64,000 nucleotides of DNA from Trueperaceae bacterium (GCA_034521815.1 JAXHLW010000013.1:96001-160000), one strand, 5' to 3'. Positions 45,643-55,839 are shown, counted from the first letter of the stretch. A program made the numbers and translations. The notes: generated by a model not told the origin, from the letters alone.

Positions 45643-45990
45643 GTGCCTGTCCGTGTCCTGGACGAAGGAGACGAGATCCGCGTCTACGCTGCGGTGTGAC
45701 GTGCGCGCGCTCGCCGAACGCCGGGCTGAACGCCGGGGTGAACGCCGGGTTGAACGGCGGGGTGTTCGTCGCCGTCGGCGGCGACCGTGACGCGGCGCTG
45801 GCCGCCGCGCTGGCCTGCGGCGCGCACACCGCGGTCTGGGCCGATCCGGGCGAGGGCTGGGCCGAAGTGTACGGCCAGCCGGCGTGCGGTCGGTTCCGTT
45901 GGCGAACGCTGATCTGGCACGGCGACGCGGCGCTGGTCGGGCCCGGCACGGGGCGGCCGAGCGATCAGGCGGCTCGGACGCGGCTCAGGC
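45643..45990 (+). other. Possible small frameshifted gene containing a 12-bp x4 repeat (45716-45763)
   Basis: GAGGAG then GTG 45643 ([18 protein letters not shown]). Protein-like [27 protein letters not shown] lies in another frame. gaacgccggg(c/g/t)t units. Confidence 0.25.
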
Positions 45991-46293
45991 GCGGGACGCG
46001 TCGTCCGCGTCGGCCTCGGACCCGTCGGCCTCGGATCCGTCGTCCGCGAGCTCGACGACGAACGTCTCGTCGCCGACGGTGATCTCGTCATCGGGCCGGA
46101 GCTTGTGCTTGCGCCGCGTCTCGACCGACCCGTTCACCTGCACCTCGCCCGCCTGGATCATGCGCTTGGCCTGCCCACCGGTACCTGCGAACCCGGCCAG
46201 CTTCAGCGCGGCCGCGAGGGTCAGGGTGGGCGCGCCTTCGGGACGGTCGTCCGGAGCGTCGCCTTGGGCGGGGTTCGGCGCGTCGGGCGTCAT
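45985..46293 (-). CDS. S4-domain RNA-binding protein (YaaA/YbcJ family)
   Basis: LAAALKLAG...TGGQAK..IQAGEVQVNG.VETRR..KL; ATGA overlap with pheA. Confidence 0.9.
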   Translation of the reverse strand: MTPDAPNPAQGDAPDDRPEGAPTLTLAAALKLAGFAGTGGQAKRMIQAGEVQVNGSVETRRKHKLRPDDEITVGDETFVVELADDGSEADGSEADADDASRA

Positions 46294-47129
46294 TCGACCT
46301 CGACCGGGTCCGCGGCGGGGTAGGAGCCCAGGTACTTCACGTACGCCGCTTTCCGCATCAGGCCGGTCAGCGCCGCGGCCACGTGCGTCTCGTCGATGTG
46401 GCCCTCGATGTCGACGTAGAACAGGTAGCTCCACGGCTTGTCGCGGCGAGGTCGGGACTCGAGCTTGGTCATGTTGATGCCGTGCTTCGGGAACTCCTCG
46501 AGGCAGGCCACCAGGTCGCCGGGTCGGTGCTTGGTCGCCAGGACCAGGCTGGTCTTGTGCGGCCGGTCGATCGGCTCCGCCTCGTCGGCGGCCAGGACGA
46601 AGAAGCGGGTGTAGTTGAACGGAAGGTCCTCGATGCGTTCGGCCAGCACCTCGAGCCCGTACGCCTCCGCGGCCCGCTTGCTGGCGATCGCCGCCTTGCC
46701 CTCGCCGCCGTTCTCGGAGAGCACCTTGGCGGCGCCCGCGGTGTCGAAGTCCGTCACGGCCTCGAAATGGTGGCGCCGCAGGTACTCCTGACACTGAGCC
46801 AGCGCCTGAGGGTGGCTGTAGACGCGCCGGACGTCCTCGAGCCCGACGCCCGGTTTCGCGAGCAGGTTGTGGTGCACCCGGACGATCTGCTCGCCGACGA
46901 CGTGCAGGACGGAGTCGGTCAGCAGGTCGTAGGTCTGGTTGATCGATCCCGCCAGGCTGTTCTCGACCGGCAGCACGGCGTGGCTGCATTCGCCTCGCAC
47001 CGTCGCGGCGAACGCTTCCTGGAAGCTTCCGAAGCCGACGGCGTGGGCGCCTGGCGCGAACTGCAGCGCCGCCTGCTCGCTGAACGCGCCCGAGACGCCC
47101 TGGTACGCGATGCGGTGAGTGCGATCCAT
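46290..47129 (-). CDS. pheA: Prephenate dehydratase
   Basis: IAYQG..GAFSE, LPVENS..G, SHPQALAQC, NYTRF, ACT domain with INMTKLESRP, LGSYP. Confidence 0.95.
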   Translation of the reverse strand: MDRTHRIAYQGVSGAFSEQAALQFAPGAHAVGFGSFQEAFAATVRGECSHAVLPVENSLAGSINQTYDLLTDSVLHVVGEQIVRVHHNLLAKPGVGLEDVRRVYSHPQALAQCQEYLRRHHFEAVTDFDTAGAAKVLSENGGEGKAAIASKRAAEAYGLEVLAERIEDLPFNYTRFFVLAADEAEPIDRPHKTSLVLATKHRPGDLVACLEEFPKHGINMTKLESRPRRDKPWSYLFYVDIEGHIDETHVAAALTGLMRKAAYVKYLGSYPAADPVEVE

Positions 47130-47157
47130 GGCGGCCCACGCTAGCACGGCCGTGCCG

Positions 47158-48921
47158 TCAAGCGTCGACCGACCTGAGCTCCTGCGCCTCCTCGCGACTC
47201 TCCGCCGCCAGGGCCGCGACCGAGGTCAGCTCGCTCGAGAGGGACTCGAGCCGCTCGGTCTCGCTCTCGACGAAGCGGACGTACGGCGCGATCGCGCCGG
47301 CCAGCGACGCCTCGGCGCGCTCGAGCTCGGCCTGAAGCTGTCGGTCCAGGTCGTGCCCCAGCCCGTCCCGCAACGCTTGCAGCTGCTCGTGGAGCTCGCG
47401 CTTGGCGCGCGCCTTGCGCCGCGGCAGCACCAGGACCCCGAAACCGACCACGGCGGCCCCGAGCGTGATGCCGGTGACGTCGAACGCGGCGCCCGACACG
47501 AACGCCACCACGGCCGCACCGAGGCCCACGCCCGAGACCTGGAGCAGGCCCGACCGCACGACCGCCTGCTGCAGCGAGTCGGCGAGCCGGTCCGCCTCCC
47601 GCTCCCGGTCCCATCCCTCGAGGACCCCTTCGGCGCGACGACGGAGCGCCGAGAGCACATCGCGCCGGTCCATCCGGAATCGTCCCCCGACCTCGCCCAC
47701 GATCCGCTGCTCGCCGGCCGAGCGACGCTCCTTGACGAAGCCGATCACGTCCTCCCAGAGCTGCAGGTTGCGGTGCACGAACCAGTCGACCATCTCGCCC
47801 ATCGCCTCGTCGATTTCCTGGTCGGCGTCGCGCGCGACCTGCTCGACGAACTTCTCGCGGACCCTCTCGGTGCGCATCAGCTCCAGCACGTTGCCGATCC
47901 GCACCGTTCGGTCCAGGAACACCTCGCCGCGCCGCTCGACCTCGACGAGCGCCGTCTTGATGCGGGCCAGGTAGGTCTGAGCCTCGCGTCGCATCTCGCG
48001 CTCGAACTGCTCGAGCTGACGGTGGACCGCGTCCAGCGTGCTCCGGTCCTCGGCGAGAAGCTCCAGGCGGGCCTCGACGTCGTCGTGAACGTCGCGGGCG
48101 ATCCGCTGGGCCACGCCCATCGGCGAGGCGAGCTTGAGCCGCAGCCGCTCGTCGTCGGACAGCTCCGAGGAGAGGAACCGCTCGAGATCCGGAAGGCCGG
48201 ACGCTTCCAGCGCGGCGGGATCGTCCTCGCGCTGGGCGCGGCGCGCCCTTCGGGCGGAGAGCGCGAAGACGCGCGGCGTCGGCTCGCCCAGCACCTCGCG
48301 CGCGTGGTCGGCCACGAAGCGCAGCACTTCGGCGCGGGCGCCGGCACCGCCGTCGTCGCCGACCTCGTCGAGAAGATCGATCTTGTTGACGACCAGCACG
48401 ATCTTGCGGCCCCACGAGGCGATCAGCTCGAGGAACGCCCGTTCGCTCTCCGTGAACGGCCGGTCGGCCGACGTGACGAACAGGACCAGGTCGGCGCGCG
48501 GCACGAAGCGCTCGGTGAGCTGCTGGTGCTGAGCGATCACCGCGTTCGTGCCGGGCGTGTCGACGAACGCGACGTCACGGAGCGCGTCGAGGGGCGCGCG
48601 GCGCGTGACGACCCCGTGTTCGTCTTGCGAGGTGTCGGGCTCGCCGAAGCCCAGCACGGTGATGCGGTCGGTCGTCGGCGTCACCCCTTCGGGCATGACG
48701 TCGGCGGCGAGCAGCGCGTTCATCAGGCTGGACTTGCCCGCGTTGTACTCGCCGCACAGGACCAGCAGGAACAGGCCGTCCAGATCGGCCGCGGCCGTGC
48801 GGAGGGCATCGCGTCGTTCCGCGTCCGCCCCGGCCCGTGCGAGCAGCTCGCGCAGGTCGGCGAGAAGGGCGCGTTCGCGCGTCGCGAGGCCGCGCGCCGC
48901 CCCGCCGATAGTGGCGTCCAT
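47158..48921 (-). CDS. Bacterial dynamin-like GTPase
   Basis: G1 GEYNAGKSS, G2 VTPTT, G3 DTPG, G4 NKID; coiled coils and a C-terminal hydrophobic hairpin. Confidence 0.88.
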   Translation of the reverse strand: MDATIGGAARGLATRERALLADLRELLARAGADAERRDALRTAAADLDGLFLLVLCGEYNAGKSSLMNALLAADVMPEGVTPTTDRITVLGFGEPDTSQDEHGVVTRRAPLDALRDVAFVDTPGTNAVIAQHQQLTERFVPRADLVLFVTSADRPFTESERAFLELIASWGRKIVLVVNKIDLLDEVGDDGGAGARAEVLRFVADHAREVLGEPTPRVFALSARRARRAQREDDPAALEASGLPDLERFLSSELSDDERLRLKLASPMGVAQRIARDVHDDVEARLELLAEDRSTLDAVHRQLEQFEREMRREAQTYLARIKTALVEVERRGEVFLDRTVRIGNVLELMRTERVREKFVEQVARDADQEIDEAMGEMVDWFVHRNLQLWEDVIGFVKERRSAGEQRIVGEVGGRFRMDRRDVLSALRRRAEGVLEGWDREREADRLADSLQQAVVRSGLLQVSGVGLGAAVVAFVSGAAFDVTGITLGAAVVGFGVLVLPRRKARAKRELHEQLQALRDGLGHDLDRQLQAELERAEASLAGAIAPYVRFVESETERLESLSSELTSVAALAAESREEAQELRSVDA

Positions 48922-49109
48922 GGGCGCGAGGATAGCACGCTCCGACGCGAATTCCGCTCGTCCGTGACGGGCTCGCCGCCAGCGGCGGGTAGACTGTCCG
49001 CTCGTGACCCGGCGTGCCTGTGCGCCCGACGCCGGACGCGCTCGCGCCGTCGGCGCCCCATCGTTTCGTCCGGCCGTATTGCGCGGCCGCGTGCTCCACC
49101 GGAGGCCGC

Positions 49110-50270
49110 ATGCGATTCACCGTTTCCCGCCACGTTCGCCGCCTCGTTCCCCGCACCGTTCGGACGCTCGCCGCCGCGCTGGCGCTCGCGTTCGCCCTCG
49201 TACCGGTCGCCTCGGCCCAGGCGATCGGAGACCGTCTCGAGACGTTCCTCGACGCGTCCGGCGCCGTCGCCGTCGATGACGGGGCGTACCGCTTGGCAGA
49301 TCTGAGCCTCGCGGTTCGCGCGCCGAACGACGTCCTGGCGCAGATGACGCTGACCGGCGTTCTGGACGATCAGGGGGTGAGGGACGCCGCCGCCGCGCTC
49401 GCGATCGCCACGGGCTACGGCGCCGGGATCGAGGAGCCGATCGCCACGTACCTGCGCGAGCAGGCTCCCGCGCTGGCGAGCTCGGGGCCGGTCACGATCG
49501 GCGTCGAGGCGTACGCGCTGGAGATCGATCTCGAGGCGGGCACGCCGCCTTCGGGCACACTTTCGCTTTCGCTGCCCACCGTGAGCCAGGAGGCGTTCGG
49601 AACGCCGGTCGCCACGCTGGGCGCCGACGACGCCGCGGTGATGATTCGGGTGTTCAGCGATTTCCAGTGCCCGTTCTGCCAACGCTACGCCCTCGAGATC
49701 ATGCCGTCGCTCGAGGCGAGCGTGCTCGAGCGGGACGACGTCGGCTTCGCGTTCCACCACTTCCCGTTGACGTCGATCCATGCGAACGCCGTGCCGGCGG
49801 CCGAAGCTGCGCAGTGCGTGAGCGATCATTACGGTGCGGACGCGTTCTGGGCCTACCACGACCTGCTGTTCGAGCGGCTGGACGCCTGGAAGGGACTGGG
49901 CGATCCGGCTCCGTACTTCGCACGCGTGACCCGCGACGTCGAGGCGGTCGCGGCGGCCGCATCGGAGGCCAACGACGGGGTGGACCTCGAGCGGGCGGCG
50001 GACGTGGCCGCCGAGCAGGTGGGCGCGTGCCTGGCGAACGGCGACGCGAGGGCGACGGTCCGGGACGCCGCGGCACGGGCCCGAGCGCTGAACCTGTCCG
50101 GAACGCCCACCGTGTTCGTCGGCGACTACCGGCTGAACGACTTCGGCTCGCCGCAGGCGTACGCGCGTCTGGTCCGACTCCAGCTCGCGGAGCGAGGTGA
50201 CGCGCTCGGACCCGAGATGGCGCGAGATGCCGACGGGAGCGCTGCGGCGGAGGAGACCGCGGAGGATTGA
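49110..50270 (+). CDS. Exported DsbA-family thiol-disulfide oxidoreductase with N-terminal extension
   Basis: GGAGG RBS, signal peptide (ASA-Q), FSDFQCPFC, HHFPL, GTPT. Confidence 0.88.
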   Translation: MRFTVSRHVRRLVPRTVRTLAAALALAFALVPVASAQAIGDRLETFLDASGAVAVDDGAYRLADLSLAVRAPNDVLAQMTLTGVLDDQGVRDAAAALAIATGYGAGIEEPIATYLREQAPALASSGPVTIGVEAYALEIDLEAGTPPSGTLSLSLPTVSQEAFGTPVATLGADDAAVMIRVFSDFQCPFCQRYALEIMPSLEASVLERDDVGFAFHHFPLTSIHANAVPAAEAAQCVSDHYGADAFWAYHDLLFERLDAWKGLGDPAPYFARVTRDVEAVAAAASEANDGVDLERAADVAAEQVGACLANGDARATVRDAAARARALNLSGTPTVFVGDYRLNDFGSPQAYARLVRLQLAERGDALGPEMARDADGSAAAEETAED

Positions 50271-50339
50271 CGCCTCGCGACCTCGGCACGTGCCGAGATC
50301 GCGAGGACGTGGACGACCGCTCGGGGGTACGGTGGCGAC

Positions 50340-51416
50340 ATGACTATCCACGCCGCCACCGCTTCCGAGCTCGACACCGGCGCGCTCGTCGACGACCTCG
50401 TGCGCCTGCTCGAGGTTCCTTCACCGACCGGCTTCACCGAGGACGCCATCTCGCTGCTCGAGTCGTGGCTGCGGCCGCTGGGCGTGCCGTTCGCCCGCAC
50501 GCCCAAGGGCGCGCTCGTCTGGACGGTGCGGGGCGGCTCCGCCCCCGCCCGAACCGTGGCGTGCCACGTGGATACGCTGGGCGCGATGGTGGCCGAGATC
50601 AAGCGCGACGGTCGTCTGCGGCTGACCGCTCTGGGCGGGTACGACTGGGCGACCGTCGAGGGGGCCGAGTGCCGGCTGACCACGTTCGAGGGACGGCAGC
50701 TGACGGGAACCGTCGTCAACGTCAAGCAGTCCACGCACGTCCACGGGCAGGCGCTGCGCGATCTGAAGCGCGACGCATCGTCGATGGAGCTGCGGCTGGA
50801 CGCGGAGGCCTGGGACGCCGCCGCGGTACGAGCGCTGGGCGTCGGCGTGGGCGATCCGGTGGCGTTCCTCAGCGCGCCCAGCGTGACCGAGTCGGGGTTC
50901 GTGAAGGGACGCCACCTGGACAACAAGGCGTCCGTCGCCGTCTGTCTGGCAGCGACGCGGGCCCTGGTGGCGTCGGGAACGCGCCCGCCGGGCGACGTGC
51001 ACGTGTTCGTGTCGAACTACGAGGAGGTCGGTCACGGCGCTGCGGCCGGGATCCCCGCACAGACCGAGGAGCTGCTCTGCCTGGACATGGCGGCCGTCGG
51101 AAAGGGACAGGCCAGTCGCGAGGACGCCGTGACGCTGTGCATCAAGGACTCGACCGGTCCGTACGACCCGGTGATGAATCGTGCGCTCCGGCAGCTGGCC
51201 GAGCACGAAGGGATCGAGCTGACGACCGACGTCTATCCGTACTACGGCTCGGACGCCTCCGCCGCCTGGCGCGCGGGCGGAGCTTGGCGTGCCGCGTTGA
51301 TCGGTCCCGGCGTAGACGCGTCGCACGCGTACGAACGGACCCACCGGAAGGCGCTCGAGGCGACGGCCAGGCTGGTGCTCGCCTGGGCGCTGCACGACCA
51401 CGACCAAGGCGCCTGA
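50340..51416 (+). CDS. M42 family metallopeptidase
   Basis: PSPTG, HVDTLG, HLDNK, YEEVGHG, DM, YGSDA, SHAYER. Confidence 0.9.
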   Translation: MTIHAATASELDTGALVDDLVRLLEVPSPTGFTEDAISLLESWLRPLGVPFARTPKGALVWTVRGGSAPARTVACHVDTLGAMVAEIKRDGRLRLTALGGYDWATVEGAECRLTTFEGRQLTGTVVNVKQSTHVHGQALRDLKRDASSMELRLDAEAWDAAAVRALGVGVGDPVAFLSAPSVTESGFVKGRHLDNKASVAVCLAATRALVASGTRPPGDVHVFVSNYEEVGHGAAAGIPAQTEELLCLDMAAVGKGQASREDAVTLCIKDSTGPYDPVMNRALRQLAEHEGIELTTDVYPYYGSDASAAWRAGGAWRAALIGPGVDASHAYERTHRKALEATARLVLAWALHDHDQGA

Positions 51417-51464
51417 GGCCGACCGCGGCGTATCCCCCGTCGGTGTGCGCTACACTCGGTCGAC

Positions 51465-52166
51465 ATGCAGGAATATCCGAGTCTGGTCTGGCACCTCAAG
51501 AATACGCAGCTGTTCGAGGACCTGTCCGCGGACGAGCTCGAGCAGCTGTCCAAGATCACGCCCTACCGGCGTTACGCGGCGGGCGAGATCGTCTATCACA
51601 TGGAAGACCCGGCCGACGCGCTCTACTTCGTGCGCGACGGCATGGTCAAGATCTCCATGTACTTCCCGAACGGGAAGGAGATGATCCTGGGGCTGCTGGG
51701 CCAGTACGACATCTTCGGCGAGCTGCTGCTCCTGCCCAGCGAGCGGCGTCCCAACCAGGCCGAGGCGGTCGTCGACACGACGCTGATCGTGATGCCCGAG
51801 GCCGACTTCCAAAGGTTGCTGCAGCAGTACCCGCGCATCGCGATGAAGTTCATCCAGGTCATGTCGACGCGCCTCTGGCAAGCGCAGCAGTGGCAGGCCG
51901 AGGTGGGCGCCTTCGATGCCCCGGGCCGACTCGCGAACCTGCTGGTGCGCCTTTCCGGCGACTTCGGCAAAGAGGGCGAGCGCGGGATCGAGATCGACCT
52001 GAACCTGACGCAGCAGGACCTCGCCAAGATGATCGGCGCGACCCGTGAGACCGTGAGTCACTGTCTGGCCCGCCTGCTGGAGTACGGCGCGGTCAAGCGT
52101 CGCCGCTCGCCGATCGTCGTCGACGTCGCGGCACTGACGCGCTTCCTGGACGAAGCCAGCAACTGA
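51465..52166 (+). CDS. Crp/Fnr family transcriptional regulator
   Basis: cNMP domain (LYFVRDG.VKI, FGE); HTH LTQQDLAKMIGATRETVS. Confidence 0.93.
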   Translation: MQEYPSLVWHLKNTQLFEDLSADELEQLSKITPYRRYAAGEIVYHMEDPADALYFVRDGMVKISMYFPNGKEMILGLLGQYDIFGELLLLPSERRPNQAEAVVDTTLIVMPEADFQRLLQQYPRIAMKFIQVMSTRLWQAQQWQAEVGAFDAPGRLANLLVRLSGDFGKEGERGIEIDLNLTQQDLAKMIGATRETVSHCLARLLEYGAVKRRRSPIVVDVAALTRFLDEASN

Positions 52167-52192
52167 TCCGGCGGCCGGCCGCTCGCGGCCCG

Positions 52193-52233
52193 GCACGTCA
52201 CGAACCTGCACGTCACGAACCTGCACGTCACGA
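52193..52233. repeat. 15-bp tandem repeat (x2.7) between convergent genes
   Basis: gcacgtcacgaacct x2 plus gcacgtcacga. Confidence 0.85.
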
Positions 52234-52241
52234 TCCGGCGA

Positions 52242-54050
52242 TCACACCAGCTCGGACGGCGCCACCAACGACACCAGCTCGCTCTTCCCCTCGGGCATCG
52301 GACCTTGCTCCGGCAACAGCCGGACCGTTTCGTTGTGGATCACGAACAGCGGCACCTGGTCGTCGTCACCGCGACTGCGCAGGTCCTCGATCGAGACCCT
52401 TTCCGAGAGCGGTGTGCGCTTCAGGATCGCGCCCCGTTCGAACAACGCCTCGAGCTGCGGGTAGTCCACGTCCGGCCCGAACGCCAGCCGGCCCCGCTGC
52501 TCGGTCGACAGGTTGTCCCGTGCCGTGCCCGACGTGCCGGGCGCCAGCTGGAACACGTTCTGCGTCCCGAACGTGCGGGCGTACTTGAGCGACGACAGCG
52601 CGTTCGCCTCGTCGTTCGAGGTGAGGGCCAGCAGACGGCCGATGCCCGACAGCCGAATCTCGTCGTCGGTCCGGTCGGAGAGCAGGCTCCCGTAGTACGC
52701 CGGAAGCCCTTCGAGGCGTGCGGCGGCGACGTTCGACCAGTTCGTGTCCGCCAGCATCACCGCCAGCTCTTCGTCCTTCAGGAACTGCGCGATGCGGCGT
52801 GCGATGGCGTGGGCGCCCAGGATCAGGAACCCTTGCGGGTCGGGCTCGGCCACGCCGAGCGCCTCCGCGACCGGCTTGGCGGTCAGGCTTGCGAGCAGGA
52901 CCGTGCCCACGATCACCAGGAACACGAGGGGGACGAGCGACTCGGCGCCTTCGAACCCCGCGGCGACGAGCTTCGTGGCGAACAACGAGCTGACCGCGGC
53001 CGCCACGATGCCGCGCGGGGCGATCCAGCCGAGGAACGCCTTCTCGCGGAGGCTGAGAGCGCTGCCGGCGGTGGACGCGAACACGGAGAGCGGCCGAATG
53101 ACCAAGATGATCGTGGCCAGCAGCGCCAGGCTGGGAAGGCTGAGCGCCGCCATGAACGCTGCGAGGTCGATGTTGGCGGCCAGGACGATGAACAGCAGGG
53201 TGATGAACAGGACCGTCAGGTCCTCCTTGAAGCTCAGCAGGTCGTTGATGTTCGGCACGCCCCGGTTGGCGATCACCATCCCCATCAGAACCGTCGCCAG
53301 CAGCCCCGCTTCCGGCGCCATGGCGCCGGCGACCGCGAACGCGGCGAACACCATCGCGAGCGCGACGAGGTTGACGAGGTAATCGGGAACGAGGCGCCGC
53401 CGCAGCAGCCACGCCAGCAGACTGCCGGCGACCACGCCCACCAACGTGCCGGTCAGGATGAAGCGGAGGAACAGCAGCACCGTGCTGCCGAGCGCCTCCC
53501 CGCGGTTTTCGATCAGCACGAACTCGAAGACGAGGACCGCGACCATCGCGCCGATCGCGTCGATCAGGATGCCTTCCCACTTCAGGACGTTCGCGACGCG
53601 TGTGGAAGGTCGCACGATCCGCAGAAGCGGCCCGATCACCGTCGGGCCGGTCACGATGATCAGCGCGCCGAACAGGAACGCCAGCTGCGGTGGCAGGCCC
53701 ACCAACGCCCACGCCGCGAAGGTCGCGCCCAGCCAGGTGATCAGCGCGCCGATGGTGACGAGGCGGATGACGACGCCCCGCGTCTCGCGGACCTCGGGAA
53801 GCGACAGCGTGAGCCCGCCCTCGAACAGGATGAGGCCGACGGCCAGCGAGACGGCGGGGAAGAGGAGGTCCTGGCCGAAAAGCGTCGTCGGATCGATCCA
53901 GCCGAACAGCGGCCCGACCAGGAAGCCGACGATCAGCAGAGGCAGAATCGCCGGCAGGCCGATGCGCCAGGCAGCCCATTGCGCCGTGGCGCCCAGGGCG
54001 ACGACGGCGGCGATCGCGAGCGCGGGTTGGGAAGCGAGAAGCTCAGCCAT
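52242..54050 (-). CDS. Cation:proton antiporter (CPA1/NhaP type) with C-terminal RCK-like domain
   Basis: ILFEGGL, TGPTVIGP, KWEGILID, APRGIVAA; about 12 TM segments; ILGAH..A...LLALTSNDEAN. Confidence 0.9.
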   Translation of the reverse strand: MAELLASQPALAIAAVVALGATAQWAAWRIGLPAILPLLIVGFLVGPLFGWIDPTTLFGQDLLFPAVSLAVGLILFEGGLTLSLPEVRETRGVVIRLVTIGALITWLGATFAAWALVGLPPQLAFLFGALIIVTGPTVIGPLLRIVRPSTRVANVLKWEGILIDAIGAMVAVLVFEFVLIENRGEALGSTVLLFLRFILTGTLVGVVAGSLLAWLLRRRLVPDYLVNLVALAMVFAAFAVAGAMAPEAGLLATVLMGMVIANRGVPNINDLLSFKEDLTVLFITLLFIVLAANIDLAAFMAALSLPSLALLATIILVIRPLSVFASTAGSALSLREKAFLGWIAPRGIVAAAVSSLFATKLVAAGFEGAESLVPLVFLVIVGTVLLASLTAKPVAEALGVAEPDPQGFLILGAHAIARRIAQFLKDEELAVMLADTNWSNVAAARLEGLPAYYGSLLSDRTDDEIRLSGIGRLLALTSNDEANALSSLKYARTFGTQNVFQLAPGTSGTARDNLSTEQRGRLAFGPDVDYPQLEALFERGAILKRTPLSERVSIEDLRSRGDDDQVPLFVIHNETVRLLPEQGPMPEGKSELVSLVAPSELV

Positions 54051-54102
54051 GCCACGTCATCATGGCACGGCGAACCGCGTGGCTGTCGTGCTAGCGTGCC
54101 GC

Positions 54103-54441
54103 GTGCAACGACGCTTTCTGGTAACGACCGACCATGGCGAGGTGCTCGTCCGGATCGACCCCGACCGCGGTGGGCTCGATCCCGACCTGCTGATCCTCGA
54201 GTCGCCCGACGACGCGAACTCCAGCGATCTCCCCACCACCGTGCCGCTGCGCGCGTTCGGCGCCAAGATGGTGGAGCTGATCGAGGCGCAAGGAGGCGAC
54301 ATGCCCGGTGGCGAGCGCCTTCGTCGTCTCCTGGTGCAGGAGAAGGCCAGCTCGGATCTCAATCGCATCGAGCGCTGGGCACGCACCCACGGCAGCGACG
54401 CCAACGGCAGCGACGCTGACGGCAGCGACGCTAACGGCTGA
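54103..54441 (+). CDS. Hypothetical protein ending in GSDAN-type repeats
   Basis: TAGCGT 5 nt before the GTG; coding-like bias; 15-bp x3 repeat at 54391-54435. Confidence 0.6.
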   Translation: MQRRFLVTTDHGEVLVRIDPDRGGLDPDLLILESPDDANSSDLPTTVPLRAFGAKMVELIEAQGGDMPGGERLRRLLVQEKASSDLNRIERWARTHGSDANGSDADGSDANG

Positions 54442-54516
54442 GCGCCCCCTCGTCCAGGGGGCGCTCAGCCGTGGCGATCGTCCGGCGCCTTATCTTCGGT
54501 TCATCGCCTTCGTTCG

Positions 54517-55074
54517 TCAGTCGCCGTCGTCCTCCTCGACGATCTCGCCGAGGTCCTGCAGCATGTTCTTGTACAGCGTCAGCGCGAACGCTTCGATCGA
54601 GGCGCGCGCCTCGTCGGTGGCCAGGCCGGCAGCGACCCGGTCGTGCGCGATGCGAAGCGAGGTGGCGAAGACCGTCTCGAAGACGGGCCAAGGACCTTCG
54701 AACGGCGCCGCGTCCAGGTCGTCGGAAGCCGGCGGCTCGGCCGCGGCTTCGGCATCGGGCGCCGCCGCCGTCGTCGGGCTGGCCGCCGCCTCGGCCGGGG
54801 CCGAGGACGCCGACTTGCCACGGCCGCCGCGGCGACGTCCGGACGAGCGTTGCGGCGGCGCGGGGGTGTCGAGCGCGGCGAGGGCTTCCTCCGCGGCGCG
54901 GCGCTCTGCGGTTCGTTTGTTCGGGCCGCTTCCGCGACCGAGGACCTCGTCGTCCACGAGTACGTCGGACTCGAAGATCGGCTCGTGGTCGGGCCCGCTG
55001 GTCCGCGACTCGAATCGCGGCTGGCGGCCCTCTTTCTGGAGGCGTTCGATCAGAACGCCCTTCGGATGTGCCAT
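54517..55074 (-). CDS. Stand-alone double-stranded-RNA-binding-domain protein
   Basis: HPKGVLIE..Q....P.F....GPDHEPIF...V......G.G.G.NKRTAERRAAEEAL matches the RNase III-type dsRBD; no nuclease domain. Confidence 0.85.
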   Translation of the reverse strand: MAHPKGVLIERLQKEGRQPRFESRTSGPDHEPIFESDVLVDDEVLGRGSGPNKRTAERRAAEEALAALDTPAPPQRSSGRRRGGRGKSASSAPAEAAASPTTAAAPDAEAAAEPPASDDLDAAPFEGPWPVFETVFATSLRIAHDRVAAGLATDEARASIEAFALTLYKNMLQDLGEIVEEDDGD

Positions 55075-55173
55075 CGATGTCCCTTCCCAGCAGCCGTCCG
55101 GCGCCCGCGACGCGCGTGCCGGACGGCTGCCGCGGTGCACGGTAGCACGCGGTCCATGCGCTAGGATGACGTC

Positions 55174-55839
55174 ATGACACGCCTGTTGCTGTGCGACGAC
55201 CATGCGATGTTCCGTCAGGGGCTACGGAGCATCCTCGAGACCGAGGACGACGTCCGCATCATCGGCGAGGCGTCCACGGGTCGCGAGGCCGTCCGCTACG
55301 CGCTCGAGACGAAGCCGGACGTCGTGCTGATGGACATCCAGATGCCCGAGCTCGACGGCGTCGCGGCCACCAAGGCCATTCTGGCCGAGGATCCCGACAT
55401 TCGCGTCATCATCCTCACGATGTATCGGCAGGATCGCTACGTGTTCGAGGCGATCAAGGTCGGCGCGCGGGGATACATGCTCAAGGACGCGGACGCCGGC
55501 GACCTGATCTCCGCCATTCGCCGGGTCGCGGCGGGCGAGACGCTGCTGAACGCCGAGATGGCGGCCAGCATCCTGGACGAGTTTCGCAAGACCGACCAGC
55601 TGCCTGCCCATCCGGACCATCGCATCCGGGAGCTGACCGACCGCGAGGAGGAGATCCTTCGGCACCTGGCGCAGGGGGCGACGAACCAGGAGATCGCCGC
55701 GGCGCTGGACGTGAGCGAGAAGACGGTTCGGAACCGGCTTTCGGAGATCTTCAGCAAGCTGCGGCTCAACAACCGCACCCAGGCTGCGCTCTACGCCCTG
55801 CGCGAGGGCATCGCCTCGCTGCAGGACTCCGCCGAGTGA
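55174..55839 (+). CDS. NarL/LuxR-family response regulator (no adjacent kinase)
   Basis: [30 protein letters not shown]...[14 protein letters not shown]. Confidence 0.95.
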   Translation: MTRLLLCDDHAMFRQGLRSILETEDDVRIIGEASTGREAVRYALETKPDVVLMDIQMPELDGVAATKAILAEDPDIRVIILTMYRQDRYVFEAIKVGARGYMLKDADAGDLISAIRRVAAGETLLNAEMAASILDEFRKTDQLPAHPDHRIRELTDREEEILRHLAQGATNQEIAAALDVSEKTVRNRLSEIFSKLRLNNRTQAALYALREGIASLQDSAE

